From: Eledone cirrhosa
Taxonomy: Eukaryota
Direction of reading: 5' to 3'
Assembly: GCA_964016885.1 (NCBI GenBank)
Contig: OZ024741.1
Span: 128,898,001-128,962,000 of the forward strand
DNA length: 64,000 nucleotides
The notes under the pieces were generated by a model. It did not search any database. It had not been told where the DNA came from and was given only the letters and a program-made list of their open reading frames with translations. Positions within the stretch are counted from its first letter, which is position 1. The number at the start of each line of letters is the position of its first letter. This document shows, one piece after another, positions 1-13,402 of the stretch. The translations under genes were made by a program, and so were the position numbers.

Positions 1-1860
1 ATTTTGAAGTGTGATGGTGAAAACTTTATGCAGCGCCTGACTGACCTCATGAAAATGGTGTGGGAAGATGAGAATGTCCCACAAGAAGGATGCGCTCATG
101 GTGATTCTCCATAAAGGAAAGGACGGCAAGGACAAATGTGGCAATTATCATGTCATATCCCTTCTTTCAGTAGTTGGTAAAGTCGTGTCGAATATTGATG
201 GATAGATTGATCCCAAGAGTTGCTCTGAATGTGTTGCCTGAGTCGCAGTGTGGGTTCAGAAACGAAAGAGGAACAGTGGATATGATCGTTTCTGCTTGGC
301 AGCTGCAAGAAAAGTGTATCGAACAATGTATGGACCTTTATCAGGTCTTTGTTGACTTGACAAAGGCCTTTGACACTGTCAATCGAACTGCGTTGTGGGA
401 AAAAATTCAAGGTAGGGTAGAAGATTCTGCATCTTTTCCATGATGACATGAAGGCTTTGGTCAGTATTGGTGGTAGCATCTCTGAACCAATATCAGTTGA
501 AAATGGAGTGAAACAGGGGGACATTCCGGCTCCAACTCTGTTTTCCTTATATTTTACGATAGTGTTTCTCATGGCATTCAAATATTGTTCTCATGGGGTT
601 TACATCAGGTATCGCACTTCAGGAAGGTTGTTCAACACCAGGCGCTTTGGTACAAGCACAAAGGTATTAACATCTATAATCCGAGAGTTTTTATATGCAT
701 ACGACTGCGATCTTTTTGCACACTCACAAAGTGACATGCAGCATATTATGAACTCTTTTTCTGCAGCTTGCAGCACTTTGGGCGTCACAATAAGCTTGGA
801 AAAGACTGTTGTGATGTATCAGCCAGTACCTGGAAACGAGTACACTGCACCAAGTGTGTACGTGTACGGAAAGAGGCTAAAAGTTGCTGACAAGTTTGTT
901 TACCTTGGTAGTACGTTGAACACTTCATGCAAACATGATAATGAAATATCCTTAAGAATCAAGAAAGCCAGTGATGCTTTTGGACGGCTGCATCAACGTT
1001 TATGGTCCAGACGAGGTATCACTATCGAAACCCAGGTGAAAGTGTATCTGACTTGTGTCGTCTCCTCTTTACTTTATGTTTGTGAAACGTGGGGTCACAT
1101 ACAGAAAGCACCTCAAGGATCTGGAGAGATTTCACCAACAATCTCTTCATAAGTTACTTGGGGTGTGGTGGAAAATGTTCGCCAGTGATTTGGAAGTTCT
1201 AGAACGGAGCAGGTGCGTGACTATAGAGAGCATAATCTTTCGGTATCGGTTGAGGTGGTGCAGTCACGTGGTCCGGATGTCTGATGATCGTATTCCAAAG
1301 CAACTTCTCTATGGAGAACTGTGTGAAGGAAGGCGACCACCACATAAACCAAAAAGGCGGTACCGGGACTGTATATCAGGGGCACCTTGGCTTGTGCTGG
1401 AATTTCATCTGACGAATGGGAGAAAATGGCTGACGAGCGTGTGAAGTGGAGACGTTTGATCAAGTCAGGTGGTGAACACTTTGAAACTCGTCGGAGAGGA
1501 CACCTAACACTGAAAAGGAAGGTGAGGATTGAGACTGTTCTGAACTGCCTGTTGTTGAACATCATCTGGTTTGTCAGCACTGTGGTCGAGTCAGCCTGAG
1601 CAAAGCTGGTTTGATTAGACATGAACAAAGTCATATCAGTAGACCTCATGTAGATTATGATCTGAAAAGGTGTAAGAAATGTACAAGCATGGGAGGTCTT
1701 AAAAGATACATGTGAACATACAGCCAGAACAAAGCAATGGAAGGTTTTGGGGGAGCCTAAAGTTGCCATGTGTGTGCCAGAGGGTGCAAGTATTTGGCTG
1801 GTTTAAAGAGTCACATTTGTGCTTCACATTTGTGCTTCACATTTTTGAACATTTTATCGG
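1..1860 (+). mobile_element. Degenerate RTE-clade LINE: reverse transcriptase and C-terminal region, 5' end outside the window
   Basis: Frameshifted ORFs 174-443, 448-1152 and 1055-1444 carry non-LTR RT motifs (LPESQCGFR, FVDLTKAFDTV, GVKQG, LYAYD for YADD, FVYLGS) and an RTE-type tail (RLRWCSHVVRMSDDRIPKQLLYGEL, RRPPHKPKRRYRD). Confidence 0.9.
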
Positions 1861-2799
1861 GCGATGGCAATACTTGAACATGAGTTTGCAGCCATCATGT
1901 ATGTATGCATGTATGTATGTATGTCGGGTCACTCTTGAGTGCTACTGGTAACATGTAACCCAGTACAACCTGTCGCATGGTTGGGTCGTCGGTAACTAAA
2001 CCGGCAACCCCACCAAGTTTACTTGGTGAGGAGGGTGATTTTGGACACCCTGCAGGACAAAAAACAAAAACTGACAAAGGGCGGAAGATCTCATAAGAGT
2101 CAACGGCCATCCAAAAGTGTGTAAATATGTATATACACATGTACATATGTATGTATATGTGTATATAAATGGGTGCATGTGTATGTACATGCGCGGGGAC
2201 ATAGAAATAATCGGGCTGGACACCCGATCGCGCAGTTAAACCACTGGGAGTGAAGGACCCCTAGCCTTTGTCAGGGCATTCTTCTCGGAGAAGGCAACTC
2301 AGGAAACTGGGATAACTCCGATATAAAACCTGTGGCTCAGTAGTTACCGATGATGTTGATATTTTCTTCTTTCCGGGTTATCGCTACTGTCGCTCAGAGA
2401 GTGGGATTGGCTCAGTGCACAGTCTTTCCTCATTTAAAAAAATATCTTCATGCACAGGCATTGCACAATAGAATTAATAAATAATTATTAATAATGGTAT
2501 ATCGTGCAATGGCCATACTCGATAACGAGGGGGCAGCCATCATGTATGCATGCATGCTTGTATGTATATGTGTGTGTGTGTATATATATGTGGGTGTGTA
2601 TATATATATCTCCATATACATATTTATTCAGCTGATATAGGCTGGATTGGTTGGAATATCCTGACGCGAATTCTTTCTGTTCTGTTAAATCGAAACAAAT
2701 CTTGACTTTTTATTTGAGGGTTTCTATATAAGAGACCGGGAGACCATGTTGATACTATGAAGGCCATTTGTCCTAAGCCGCCTGGACTATTGCTCCCAG

Positions 2800-3345
2800 C
2801 TGTGGTCACCCCATAGTATCAAACTAACCACGGAACTTGAGACAATCCAACAAAGCTACACCAAGAGCATTGCACGATGAAGGAGATGAGCTACTGGGAG
2901 AGGCTAAAAGAACTGAAACTCTACTCCTTGGAACAAAGACGGGAGAGATACGCAGGGATATACATATGGAAAATCCTGGAGGGACTAGTGCCAAACTTTG
3001 GTATTGAGAGCAGGACCAACCCCCGAACAGGACGTCACTGTGTGGTGACAAAGGTCCCGTCTTCCACATCTAGAACAAGAAGCAGATATTGCAATAGACT
3101 GGGGTTCAAAGGCCCTCAACTCTTCAACAAACTGCCGAGGGATTTGAGAGATCTACATGGTGTGGCCGTGGATATTTTCAAGAAACTTCTCGACACCCTG
3201 TTATCCAGGATCCCGGATGAGCCCACATCACGGTACGAAGATAACCCAAGAGCAGCAGCAACGAACTCCCTCTTACATCAATGGCCAGCCAACACAGGCT
3301 GGAGATAGAATGTGTAGCAACAAGGGCAGTGCCCAATCATGGTCT
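2800..3345 (+). mobile_element. 3' fragment of a CR1/L2-group LINE
   Basis: ORF 2877-3308 (SYWERLKELKLYSLEQRRERY, GPQLFNKLP) is a typical CR1-group C-terminus. Related minus-strand copies lie at 6255-6585 and 58890-59125. Confidence 0.8.
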
Positions 3346-3402
3346 CAGCCGGATGGCTAGAACAGCTACAAGAGTATATATATATATATTTAATATAGAA
3401 AT

Positions 3403-3454
3403 AGCTTCAACAGGACTAGAACTGTTTCATTTGGAGGAAATCATCAGAAAAGCC
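3403..3454 (-). ncRNA. Type-I hammerhead ribozyme-like motif (Penelope-associated)
   Basis: Minus strand reads ggctttt-CTGATGA-tttcctccaaat-GAAA-cag-ttctagtc-ctg-TT-gaagc. Same family as the motif at 28337-28438. Confidence 0.5.
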
Positions 3455-3689
3455 AACTGTCAATGTAATATGGTGGTATTTATACATTTTCTGGTGGTAG
3501 GGGAGGGTAGTAAATTGATGCTAAGTAGACAAACACACACACTGACAGGCACTCCTAATTTTCAAGATTCATTTATTCCAAACAAAGGGTTTTCATTGAG
3601 TGGCAATATTAAAATGCTCTGCTAAAAGACATAAATATGTGTGTGTGTTTGTGTATGTGTGTGTATATATATATGTGTGTGTGTGTGTT

Positions 3690-3739
<50 letters not shown>

Positions 3740-3764
3740 ATGTGTGTGTGTGCAAATTTCAATA

Positions 3765-4750
3765 ATATTAAGACACGCTAATCTGGGTTAAACGCCCTAT
3801 AGTGAAAAGTTTGGCCAATAAATGGAACAAGATTTTACAAACTCCTCCTATGGTTTTGGAGATAGACCCCCATAACCATATATATTCTGAAACTACATTG
3901 CCCAGGGTACTTGTATAAGTATATTTCATTTTAATCAAAGGGTTCATCGGGGGCACAAAACTGCCGCTGAAACTTTACCTTCGATTTATATGAAATTTAA
4001 ACCATAGGTAAATGACAAGATATGATGCCTATTCACAAAATTTCAGCAAATTTCAATAAAATTAAAATACCCTAATGGGGGTTAAACCCCCTATTAGGGT
4101 TCACCGGTGGCACAAACCCCTGCTGAAAATGTTTTCCCTTCGATTTATATGCAATTTAAACCATAGGTAAACGACAAGATATGATGCCTAATCACATCAT
4201 TTCAGCAAATTTCAATAAAATTACAATACCCTAATGGGGGTTAAACCCCCTATTAGGGTTCACCAGGGGGCACAAAATCCCTGCTGAAAATTTTTTCGGT
4301 TCGATTTATATGCAATTTAAACCATAGATAAATGAAGAGATATGATGCCTATTCACAAAATTTCAATACTATAAGACATCTTAATGGTGGTTAAATCCCC
4401 TATTAGGGTTCCCCGGGGGTACAAACCCCCGCTGAAAACTTTTCCCTTTCGATTTATATGAAACTTAAACCATAGGTAAATGACAAGATATGATGCCTAT
4501 TCACAAAAGTTTTCAATTGATATTTTGAAAAAAATTATTTACAAGAAACAAAATAAGAATAAGATTTAATAATGCAATTTTGATTTGATATATTACAAAA
4601 AATGATGTTTTCCAATTTTTCATGCATTATATTTTACATTGAGTAATATTGAGTTTTTCTCCATAAATTACATCACTGATTTAAAATCAATCATCATTTT
4701 CTTACAAAAAAAATGTGTGAAACGCAGCAAGGCGCTGGTAATTCGGCTAG
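3765..4750 (+). mobile_element. Non-autonomous Helitron-like element with ~150-160-bp internal tandem repeats
   Basis: The motif aaaccataggtaaatgacaagatatgatgcc recurs at about 3999, 4158, 4319 and 4468. The element ends in a short hairpin (cagc-aaggc-gctg) followed by CTAG|T at 4747-4751. Confidence 0.6.
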
Positions 4751-4799
4751 TATATATATATATATGTGATTGTGTGTATATATATGTGTGTGTGTGTGT

Positions 4800-5770
4800 G
4801 TGCTCATTATGTAGGAGAGGTGTAGGTAGAAACTCCATCCTCTGCCCCATATGCAAACTATGGGTACACAAGAGATGTAGTGGGATCTCAGGAAGTTTAG
4901 TTAAGAATGTAGGTTTTACATGTAGCAGTTGCACCAGGACAGTAAGCAGCAAACAATCACTGAAAACAAGTGACATCAAAGTCTGGGAGGACTTGGTAAA
5001 AACAATACCGAATTAGCAGCGGAGGGGGGTGTTCTGAAAGAACAGGATGGAAGAAGTTGAGGGAGCTACTGCCACAGCTGAATACAAAAGGCTTTTCCCT
5101 CAGAATAAAAGGTAGACTGTATGATGTGTGCATATGAATGGCAATGTTGCATGGTAGTGAGAGCTGGGCGCTGTGTGTAGAAGACATGCGTAGATTAGAA
5201 AGGAATGAAGCTTGTATGCTCCGATGGATGTGTAATAGTAATATACGCGAACAGCAAAGCATAAACAAACTGAAAGAGAAACTAGGCATAAGAGGAATCA
5301 AATGTGTGCAGGAGAGGAGATTATGTTGGTATGGACATGTGATTCGTATGAAGGATGACAGCTACATAAAGTCCCAGAAAGACTTGAGATGAAGTGATAA
5401 AAGCCGACCTTGCCCAATTGCACCTCTGAAAGGCAATGACACAGGACCAAGATCTCTGGCGTTATCAGGTAATACAAAAACCCCAACTTCCCACGGGACC
5501 AGGCCAAGGCTGAAACATACATACAGTATGCACCACTCCATCCCACCCGCCAATATATCTTTCATGAGAAGAGGCCGAAACACTGTAGTGGTCGTGATGG
5601 TGACACGGTAAAAAACACCCAGTCCACACTGTAAAGTAGTTGTGGAAGAATCACAACAAAAAACACCCAGTACTCATTGTAAATGAGCTTGGCATTAGGA
5701 AAGGCATCCAGCTGTAGAAACCAAGCCAAAATCAGTTCTTTATGAGCAAGACATGGTCACCTGACCTAAC
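4800..5770 (+). mobile_element. RTE-type LINE 3' fragment
   Basis: ORF pieces CRRGVGRNSILCPICKLWVHKRCSG and AMLHGSESWALCVEDMRRLERNEACMLRWMC...WYGHVIRM. Confidence 0.8.
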
Positions 5771-5791
5771 ATTGCCAACAATAGAAGACAC

Positions 5792-6182
5792 ATGGCTCAG
5801 TGGTTAGAGCATTGGGCTTGCAATTGAAAGGTTGTGAGTTTAATTCTCGGACCGGGTGATGTGTTGTTTCCTTGAGCAAGACACTTTATTTCACATTGCT
5901 CCAGTTTACTCAGCTGTAGAAATGAGATGAGAGGACTGGGGTCCCTATCATTCCACTGCAAAGTGGTCGTGGAGGTGCCACGGCAAAAAAAAAAAAAAAA
6001 AAAAAAAAAAAACACCGACCACTTACTGTAAATGAGGTTGGTGTTAGGAAGGGTATCCAGCTGTAGAAATCAAGACAGAATCAGTTCCCGTATGAGCAAG
6101 ACAAGCTCAGCCAACCGGACACTGCCCACAATAGGACAACCCATGCTAGCATAGAAGAACTGACATAAAATGATGATGATGA
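5792..6182 (+). mobile_element. tRNA-derived SINE with RTE-type tail (family A)
   Basis: A-box-like TGGCTCAGTGG, body tccttgagcaagacactttatttcacattgctccag and (GAT)n tail. Homologous copies occur throughout the window. Confidence 0.75.
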
Positions 6183-6254
6183 AATATAACAGAGTGTTAT
6201 AGCTTGCTTGAAGCATTGATGAATAGGAAACACAAATTTAAATTTTGAAAACCA

Positions 6255-6585
6255 AGTTGAGGGCCTTTAAACCCCAGGCTATTGCAATAGCTGCTCCTGA
6301 TTCTAGATGTGGAAGACGGGACCTTTGATACCATACAGTGACGTCCTGTTCGAGAATTGGTCCAGCTCTCAATGCGAAAGTTTAGTCTTAGTCCCCCAGG
6401 ATTTTCCATATGTATATCATTGCATATCTCTCCCGTCTTCATTCCGAGGAGTAGAGTTTCAGTTCTTTTAGACTCTCCCAGTAGTTTATCTCCTTCATCG
6501 TGGCAACCTTCTTGGTGTAGCTTCATTGGATTGCTTCAAGCTCCATGGTTAGTTTGATACTATGGGGTGACCACAGCTGGGAGCA
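6255..6585 (-). mobile_element. CR1/L2-like LINE fragment
   Basis: ORF 6197-6526 shares RTGRHCMVSKVPSSTSRIRSSYCNSLGFKGPQL with ORF 2877-3308. Confidence 0.75.
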
Positions 6586-6950
6586 TTCATCATTTCATTT
6601 TACGTCCACATTTTCCCTGCTTGCAAGGGTGGGATGGGAACTGATTCTGGCTTTATTTCTACAGCTGGATTCCCTTCCTAACACCAACCTCATTTACAGT
6701 GAGTGCTGGGTGCTTTTTTCAGGTGGCACCTCCACATCCACTTTACAGTGTGGGCTGGGTGCTTTTTTGCCGTGGCACCTCCACAACCACTTTGCAGTGG
6801 AATGATAGGGACCCCAGTCCTATCATCTCATTTCTACAGCTGAGTAAACTGGAGCAATGTGAAATAGTGTCTTGCTCAAGGAAACAACACATCACCCGGT
6901 GTGAGAAATGAACTCACATCCTTTCGATTGTAAGGCCAATGCTCTCAATA
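6585..6950 (-). mobile_element. SINE family A copy
   Basis: Reverse complement of the 5792-6182 body. Confidence 0.7.
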
Positions 6951-7029
6951 TGTATGTGTATATATATATACACACACATATATATATATATAAACTTATA
7001 TACACAGAGAGAGAGAGAGAGAGAGATAT

Positions 7030-7591
7030 AGTAATAATAATACATATGAAGACTAAAATCCAAAGAGGGCTCGATAGGGATAAATATATATCAATTATAT
7101 AAGAACCGTAGAGCAAATATTTATTAAAATAACAGATTAAAGTTTAAGCAAAGAATCGGCTGCTTTCACCCTTAATCGGATCTTCTGAAACTAAAAAAAA
7201 ATCAATCTGTGAACGCAGAAGTAAATATTTCGAAAAACGTTGCAACCGAAGGAAGACGATACTTTGGTTCGTGGAGACGTAGTTTTAGGTATTTCTTCCT
7301 GCTTGGTACGAGTATGTTCTTTTTAGAAATATTCAGATGTTTCTGCATGATGAATATAAGTCAATAGAGTACTCAGTCAAGGAAGCCAAATAGTAATAAA
7401 AATATATTTGAAGACTAACATCCAAAGAGGGCTCGATAAGGATAAATATATATCAAATATATAAGAACCGTAGAGCAAATATTTATTAAAATAACAGATT
7501 AAAGTTTAAGCAAAGAATCAGCTGCTTTCACCCTTAATGGGATCTTCTGAAACTAAAAAAAATCAATCTGTGAATGCAGAAGTAAATATTT
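7030..7591 (-). repeat. Two ~200-bp direct repeats (offset 362 bp), each carrying a hammerhead-like motif
   Basis: 7030-7231 is nearly identical to 7390-7591. The minus strand of the first copy reads gttt-CAGAAGA-tccgattaagggt-GAAA-gca...tgc-TT-aaac, and the second copy is almost the same. Confidence 0.75.
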
Positions 7592-7949
7592 CTAAGCCGA
7601 CCTTTCCCAATTGCACCTCTCAAGGGCAATGACACACGACTATGACCTCTGGCATCACACAGTAATACAGAAGACCCGACTTTCCACAGGAACATATAAA
7701 CAATATTTGTTTTCCTTTGTTTTTTATGTCCTATCAACTAATCCGACCTCCATAATGCTTGCAATTGACTATTTTTTTAGCATATTAACAACAAATATGA
7801 TTTCCACTGCAATTAAAAATGACTAGCTTTGTGAATGGTTTTTCCACCCACTTTCTACCTTCATTTTTCTACAAAGCTAATCATTGACGATAGGTTTCAA
7901 AGTTATATTCATTCATAATATGTGAAAAAAATAGTCAACTGCGAGCATT

Positions 7950-10900
7950 GGTGTGATGTAAATGGTAGGAGTAGGTGTTCTGTAATAAATTTACCATATG
8001 GTGAAGTATATGGTGTGGATTGGGGTAGATTAATGTGCTGTGGTGTGCTTTGTTATAAGTGAGGATTTAAATTACCACTTTGATTTATGTTATAAAAAAA
8101 ATTTTTCCTTCATTTTTGCATATGCTGTCAACTTCCAAGAAGCTCACAGTGGACTATGCTTTTAGCATATTAACAAAAAATATGACTTCTGCTGCAATAA
8201 AAAGTGACTAGCTTTGTAAATGGTATTTCCACGCACATCCTCCCTCTTTTTTCTACAAAGCTAGTCATTTTCATCAGGTTTCCATGTCATAACCATTGAT
8301 AATATGTGCATAAAATAGTAATTTGCGAGCACCTTTTATGTCAAATTGTGTGGTAAGAGCACAAAAAAAAAAAATGCCAGTTGAAAATTTGTCACACCAA
8401 AATCAATATCTTGGTGTGATGTAGTATGGTGTGGTTTGGTGAAGTTTCTACAAAGATAGTCATTTTCGACAGGATTCCATGTCATAATTATTGATATGTG
8501 AAAAAAAAAGTAAATTGGGAGCACCTTTAATGTCAGATTGGGTGGTAAGCACACAGAAAAAAAAAAAGGAAACGGGAAAAAAAATGTTCACACCAAGATC
8601 AATAGCTTGGTGAGATGTAGTATGATGTAACTTGGTATGGTGTGGTTTGGTTTGGTGAAGTTATGAAATTGAAACCAATTGTAAACGATAGATTCCCATG
8701 TCATATTCATTGATAATGTGTGGGAAAATAGTCATTTGCAAGCACCTTTGATGTTAGTTTGAGGTGGAACCACAAAAAAAAAAAAAAGCAGGTGGAAAAT
8801 TTGTCACATTGATCTCCATACCATGGTGTGATGAGGTGTTCTGTAATAAATTTACCATATAGGGAAGTATGGTTATGGTGAAGTATATGGTGTGGATTGG
8901 GGTAGATTAATGTGCTGTGGTGTGCTTTGTTATAAGTGAGGATTTAAATTTCCACTTTCATTTATGTTAGAAAAAAATTTTTCCTTCATTTTTGCATGTG
9001 CTATCAACTTCCAAGATGCTCGCAGTGGGCTATGCTTTTAGCATATTAACAAAAAATATGACTTCCGCTGCAATAAAAAATGACTAGCTTTGTAAATGGC
9101 ATTTCCACCCACATCCTCCCTCTTTTTTCTACAAAGCTAGTCATTTTCATCAGGTTTCCAGGTCATAACTATTGATAATATGTGCATAAAATAGTAATTT
9201 GCGAGCACCTTTTATATCAAATTGTGTGGTAAGCAAGAAAAAAAAAAAAAAAAAAAAAAAATGCCAAATGAAAATTTGTCACACCAAAATAAATAGCTTG
9301 GTGTGGGGAAGTTTCTACAAAGATAGTCATTTTCGACAGGTTTCCATGTCATAATTATTGATATGTGAAAAAAAAAGTAAATTGGGAGCACCTTTAATGT
9401 CAGATTGGGTGGTAAGCACACAGAGAAAAAAAAAGGAAACGGGAAAAAAAGTTTCACACCAAGATCAATAGCTTGGTGTGATGTAGTATGGTGTAACTTG
9501 GTATGGTGTGGTTTGGTGAAGTCATGAAATGGAAACCAATTGTAAACGATAGATTCCCATGTCATATTCATTGATAATGTGTGGGAAAATAGTCATTTGC
9601 AAGCACCTTTGATGTTAGTTTGAGGTGGTAACCACAAAAAAAAAAAAAAAGCAGTTAGCAAATTTGTCACATTAATGTCCATGTGATGTAAATGGTAGGA
9701 GTAGGTGTTCTGTAATAAATTTGCCATATAGTGAAGTATGGTTATGGTGAAGTATATGGTGTGGATTGGGGTAAATTAATGTGCTGTGGTGTGCTTTGTT
9801 ATAAGTGAGGATTTAAATTTCCACTTTGATTTTTGTTAGAAAAAAAACTTTTCCTTCATTTTTGCATGTGCTATCAACTTCCAAGATGCTTGCAGTGGAC
9901 TATGCTTTTAGCATATTAACAAAAAATATGACTTCCGCTGCAATAAAAAATGACTAGCTTTGTAAATGGTATTTCCACCCACATCCTCCCTCTTTTTTCT
10001 ACAAAGCTAGTCATTTTCATCAAGTTTCCATGTCATAACCTTTGATAATATGTGCATAAAATAGTAATTTGCGAGCACCTTTTATATCAAATTGTGTGGT
10101 AAGCACAGATAAAAAAAAAAAAAAAAAAAATGCCAGATGAAAATTTGTCACACCAAAATCAATATCTTGGTGTGATGTAGTATGGTGTGGTTTGGTGAAG
10201 TTTCTACAAAGATAGTCATTTTCGACAGGTTTACATGTCATAATTATTGATATGTGAAAAAAAAAGTAAATTGGGAGCACCTTTAATGTCAGATTGGGTG
10301 GTAAGTACACAGAGAAAAAAAAAGGAAACGGGAAAAAAAATGTTTCACACCAAGATCAATAGCTTGGTGAGATGTAGTATGGTGTAACTTGGTATGGTGT
10401 GGTTTGGTTTGGTGAAGTTATGAAATGGAAACCAATTGTAAACGATAGATTCCCATGTCATATTCATTGATAATGTGTGGGGAAATAGTCATTTGCAAGG
10501 ACCTTTGATGTTAGTTTGAGGTGGTAACCACAAAAAAAAAAAAAAAAGCAGGTGGCAAATTTGTCACATTGATCTCCATACCATGGTGTGATGAGGTGTT
10601 CTGTAATAAATTTACCATATAGTGAAGTATGGTTATGGTGAAGTATATGGCGTGGATTGGGGTAGATTAATGTGCGGTGGTGTGCTTTGTTATAAGTGAG
10701 GATTTAAATTTCCACTTTCATTTATGTTAGAAAAAAAACTTTTCCTTCATTTTTGCATGTGCTATCAACTTCAAAGATGCTCGCAGTGGACTATGCTTTT
10801 AGCATATTAACAAAAAATATGACTTCCGCTGCAATAAAAAATGACTAGCTTTGTAAATGGTATTTCCACCCACATCCTCCCTCTTTTTTCTACAAAGCTA

Positions 10901-13402
10901 GTCATTTTCATCAGGTTTCTATGTCATAACCATTGATATTATGTGCATAAAATAGTAATTTGCGAGCACCATTTATGTCAAATTGTGTGGTAAACACAAA
11001 AAAAAAAAAAAATGCCAAATGAAAATTTGTCACACCAAAATCAACAGCTTGGTGTGGTGAAGTTTCTACAAAGATAGTCATTTTCGACAGGTTTCCATGT
11101 CATAATTATTGATATGTGAAAAAAAAAGTAAATTGGGAGCACCTTTAATGTCAGATTGGGTGGTAAGCACACAGAAAAAAAAAGGAAACGGGAAAAAAAG
11201 TTTCACACCAAGATCAATAGCTTGGTGCGATGTAGTATGGTGTAACTTGGTATGGTGTGGTTTGGTTTGGTGAAGTTATGAAATGGAAACCAATTGTAAA
11301 CGATAGATTCCCATGTCATATTCATTGATAATGTGTGGGGAAATAGTCATTTGCAAGCACCTTTGATGTTAGTTTGAGGTGGTAACCACAAAAAAAAAAA
11401 AAGCAGGTGGCAAATTTGTCACATTGATCTCCATACCATGGTGTGATGAGGTGTTCTGTAATAAATTTACCATATAGTGAAGTATGGTTATGGTGAAGTA
11501 TATGGCGTGGATTGGGGTAGATTAATGTGCGGTGGTGTGCTTTGTTATAAGTGAGGATTTAAATTTCCACTTTCATTTATGTTAGAAAAAAAACTTTTCC
11601 TTCATTTTTGCATGTGCTATCAACTTCAAAGATGCTCGCAGTGGACTATGCTTTTAGCATATTAACAAAAAATATGACTTCCGCTGCAATAAAAAATGAC
11701 TAGCTTTGTAAATGGTATTTCCACCCACATCCTCCCTCTTTTTTCTACAAAGCTAGTCATTTTCATCAGGTTTCTATGTCATAACCATTGATAATATGTG
11801 CATAAAATAGTAATTTGCGAGCACCATTTATGTCAAATTGTGTGGTAAACACAAAAAAAAAAAAAAATGCCAAATGAAAATTTGTCACACCAAAATCAAC
11901 AGCTTGGTGTGGTGAAGTTTCTACAAAGATAGTCATTTTCGACAGGTTTCCATGTCATAATTATTGATATGTGAAAAAAAAAGTAAATTGGGAGCACCTT
12001 TAATGTCAGATTGGGTGGTAAGCACACAGAAAAAAAAAGGAAACGGGAAAAAAAGTTTCACACCAAGATCAATAGCTTGGTGCGATGTAGTATGGTGTAA
12101 CTTGGTATGGTGTGGTTTGGTCTGGTTTGGTGAAGTCTTGAAATGGAAACCAATTGTAAACGATAGATTCCCATGTCATATTCATTGATAATGTGTGGGA
12201 AAATAGTCATTTGCAAGCACCTTTGATGTTAGTTTGAGGTGGTAACCACAAAAAAAAAAAAGCAGGTGGCAAATTTGTCACATTGATCTCCATACCATGG
12301 TGTGATGAGGTGTTCTGTAATAAATTTACCATATTGTGAAGTATGGTTATGGTGAAGTATATGGTGTGGATTGGGGTAGATTAATGTGCTGTGGTGTGCT
12401 TTGTTATAAGTGAGGATTTAAATTTCCACTTTGATTTTTGTTAGAAAAAAAACTTTTCCTTCATTTTTGCATGTGCTATCAACTTCAAAGATGCTCGCAG
12501 TGGACTATGCTTTTAGCATATTAACAAAAAATATGACTTCCGCTGCAATAAAAAATGACTAGCTTTGTAAATGGTATTTCCACCCACATCCTCCCTCTTT
12601 TTTCTACAAAGCTAGTCATTTTCATCAGGTTTCCATGTCATAACCATTGATAATATGTGCATAAAATTGTAATTTGTGAGCACCATTTATGTCAAATTGT
12701 GTGGTAAGAACAGAAAAAAAAAAAAAAAATGCCAGATGAAAATTTGTCACACCAAAATCAATATCTTGGTGTGATGTAGTATGGTGTGGTTTGGTGAAGT
12801 TTCTACAAAGATAGTCATTTTCGACAGGATTCCATGTCATAATTATTGATATGTGAAAAAAAAAGTAAATTGGGAGCACCTTTAATGTCAGATTGGGTGG
12901 TTAGCATACCGAAAAAAAATTTTTCACACCAAGATCAATAGCTTGGTGCGATGTAGTATGGTGTAACTTGGTATGGTGTGGTTTGGTTTGGTGAAGTTAT
13001 GAAATGGAAACCAATTGTAAACGATAGATTCCCATGTCATATTCATTGATAATGTGTGGGGAAATAGTCATTTGCAAGCACCTTTGATGTTAGTTTGAGG
13101 TGGTAACCACAAAAAAAAAAAAGCAGGTGGCAAATTTGTCACATTGATCTCCATACCATGGTGTGATGAGGTGTTCTGTAATAAATTTACCATATAGTGA
13201 AGTATGGTTATGGTGAATTTATGGTGTGGATTGGAGTAGATTAATGTGCTGTGGTGTGCTTTGTTATAAGTGAGGATTTAAATTTCCACTTTGATATATG
13301 TTAAAAAAAAATGTTTATTCATTTTTGCATGTGCTATCAACTTCAAAGAAGCTTGCAGTGGACTATGCTTTTAGCATATTAACAAAAAATATGACTTCCG
13401 CT
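7950..13402. repeat. ~860-bp tandem satellite, about 6.3 units, with internal subrepeats
   Basis: Anchor gtaataaattt(a/g)ccatat at about 7982, 8843, 9712, 10603, 11457, 12317 and 13178. Each unit contains about three related agcacctt...gtggtaagcac...A-tract subunits. Confidence 0.95.

Noticed and set aside
1925-2030. Possible HDV-like ribozyme at a LINE 5' end
   Set aside because: I could not assemble the nested double pseudoknot in the correct order.
8336-12879. Recurrent 70-120-aa ORFs in the satellite
   Set aside because: Their lengths vary with homopolymer indels between units and they have no recognisable domain.
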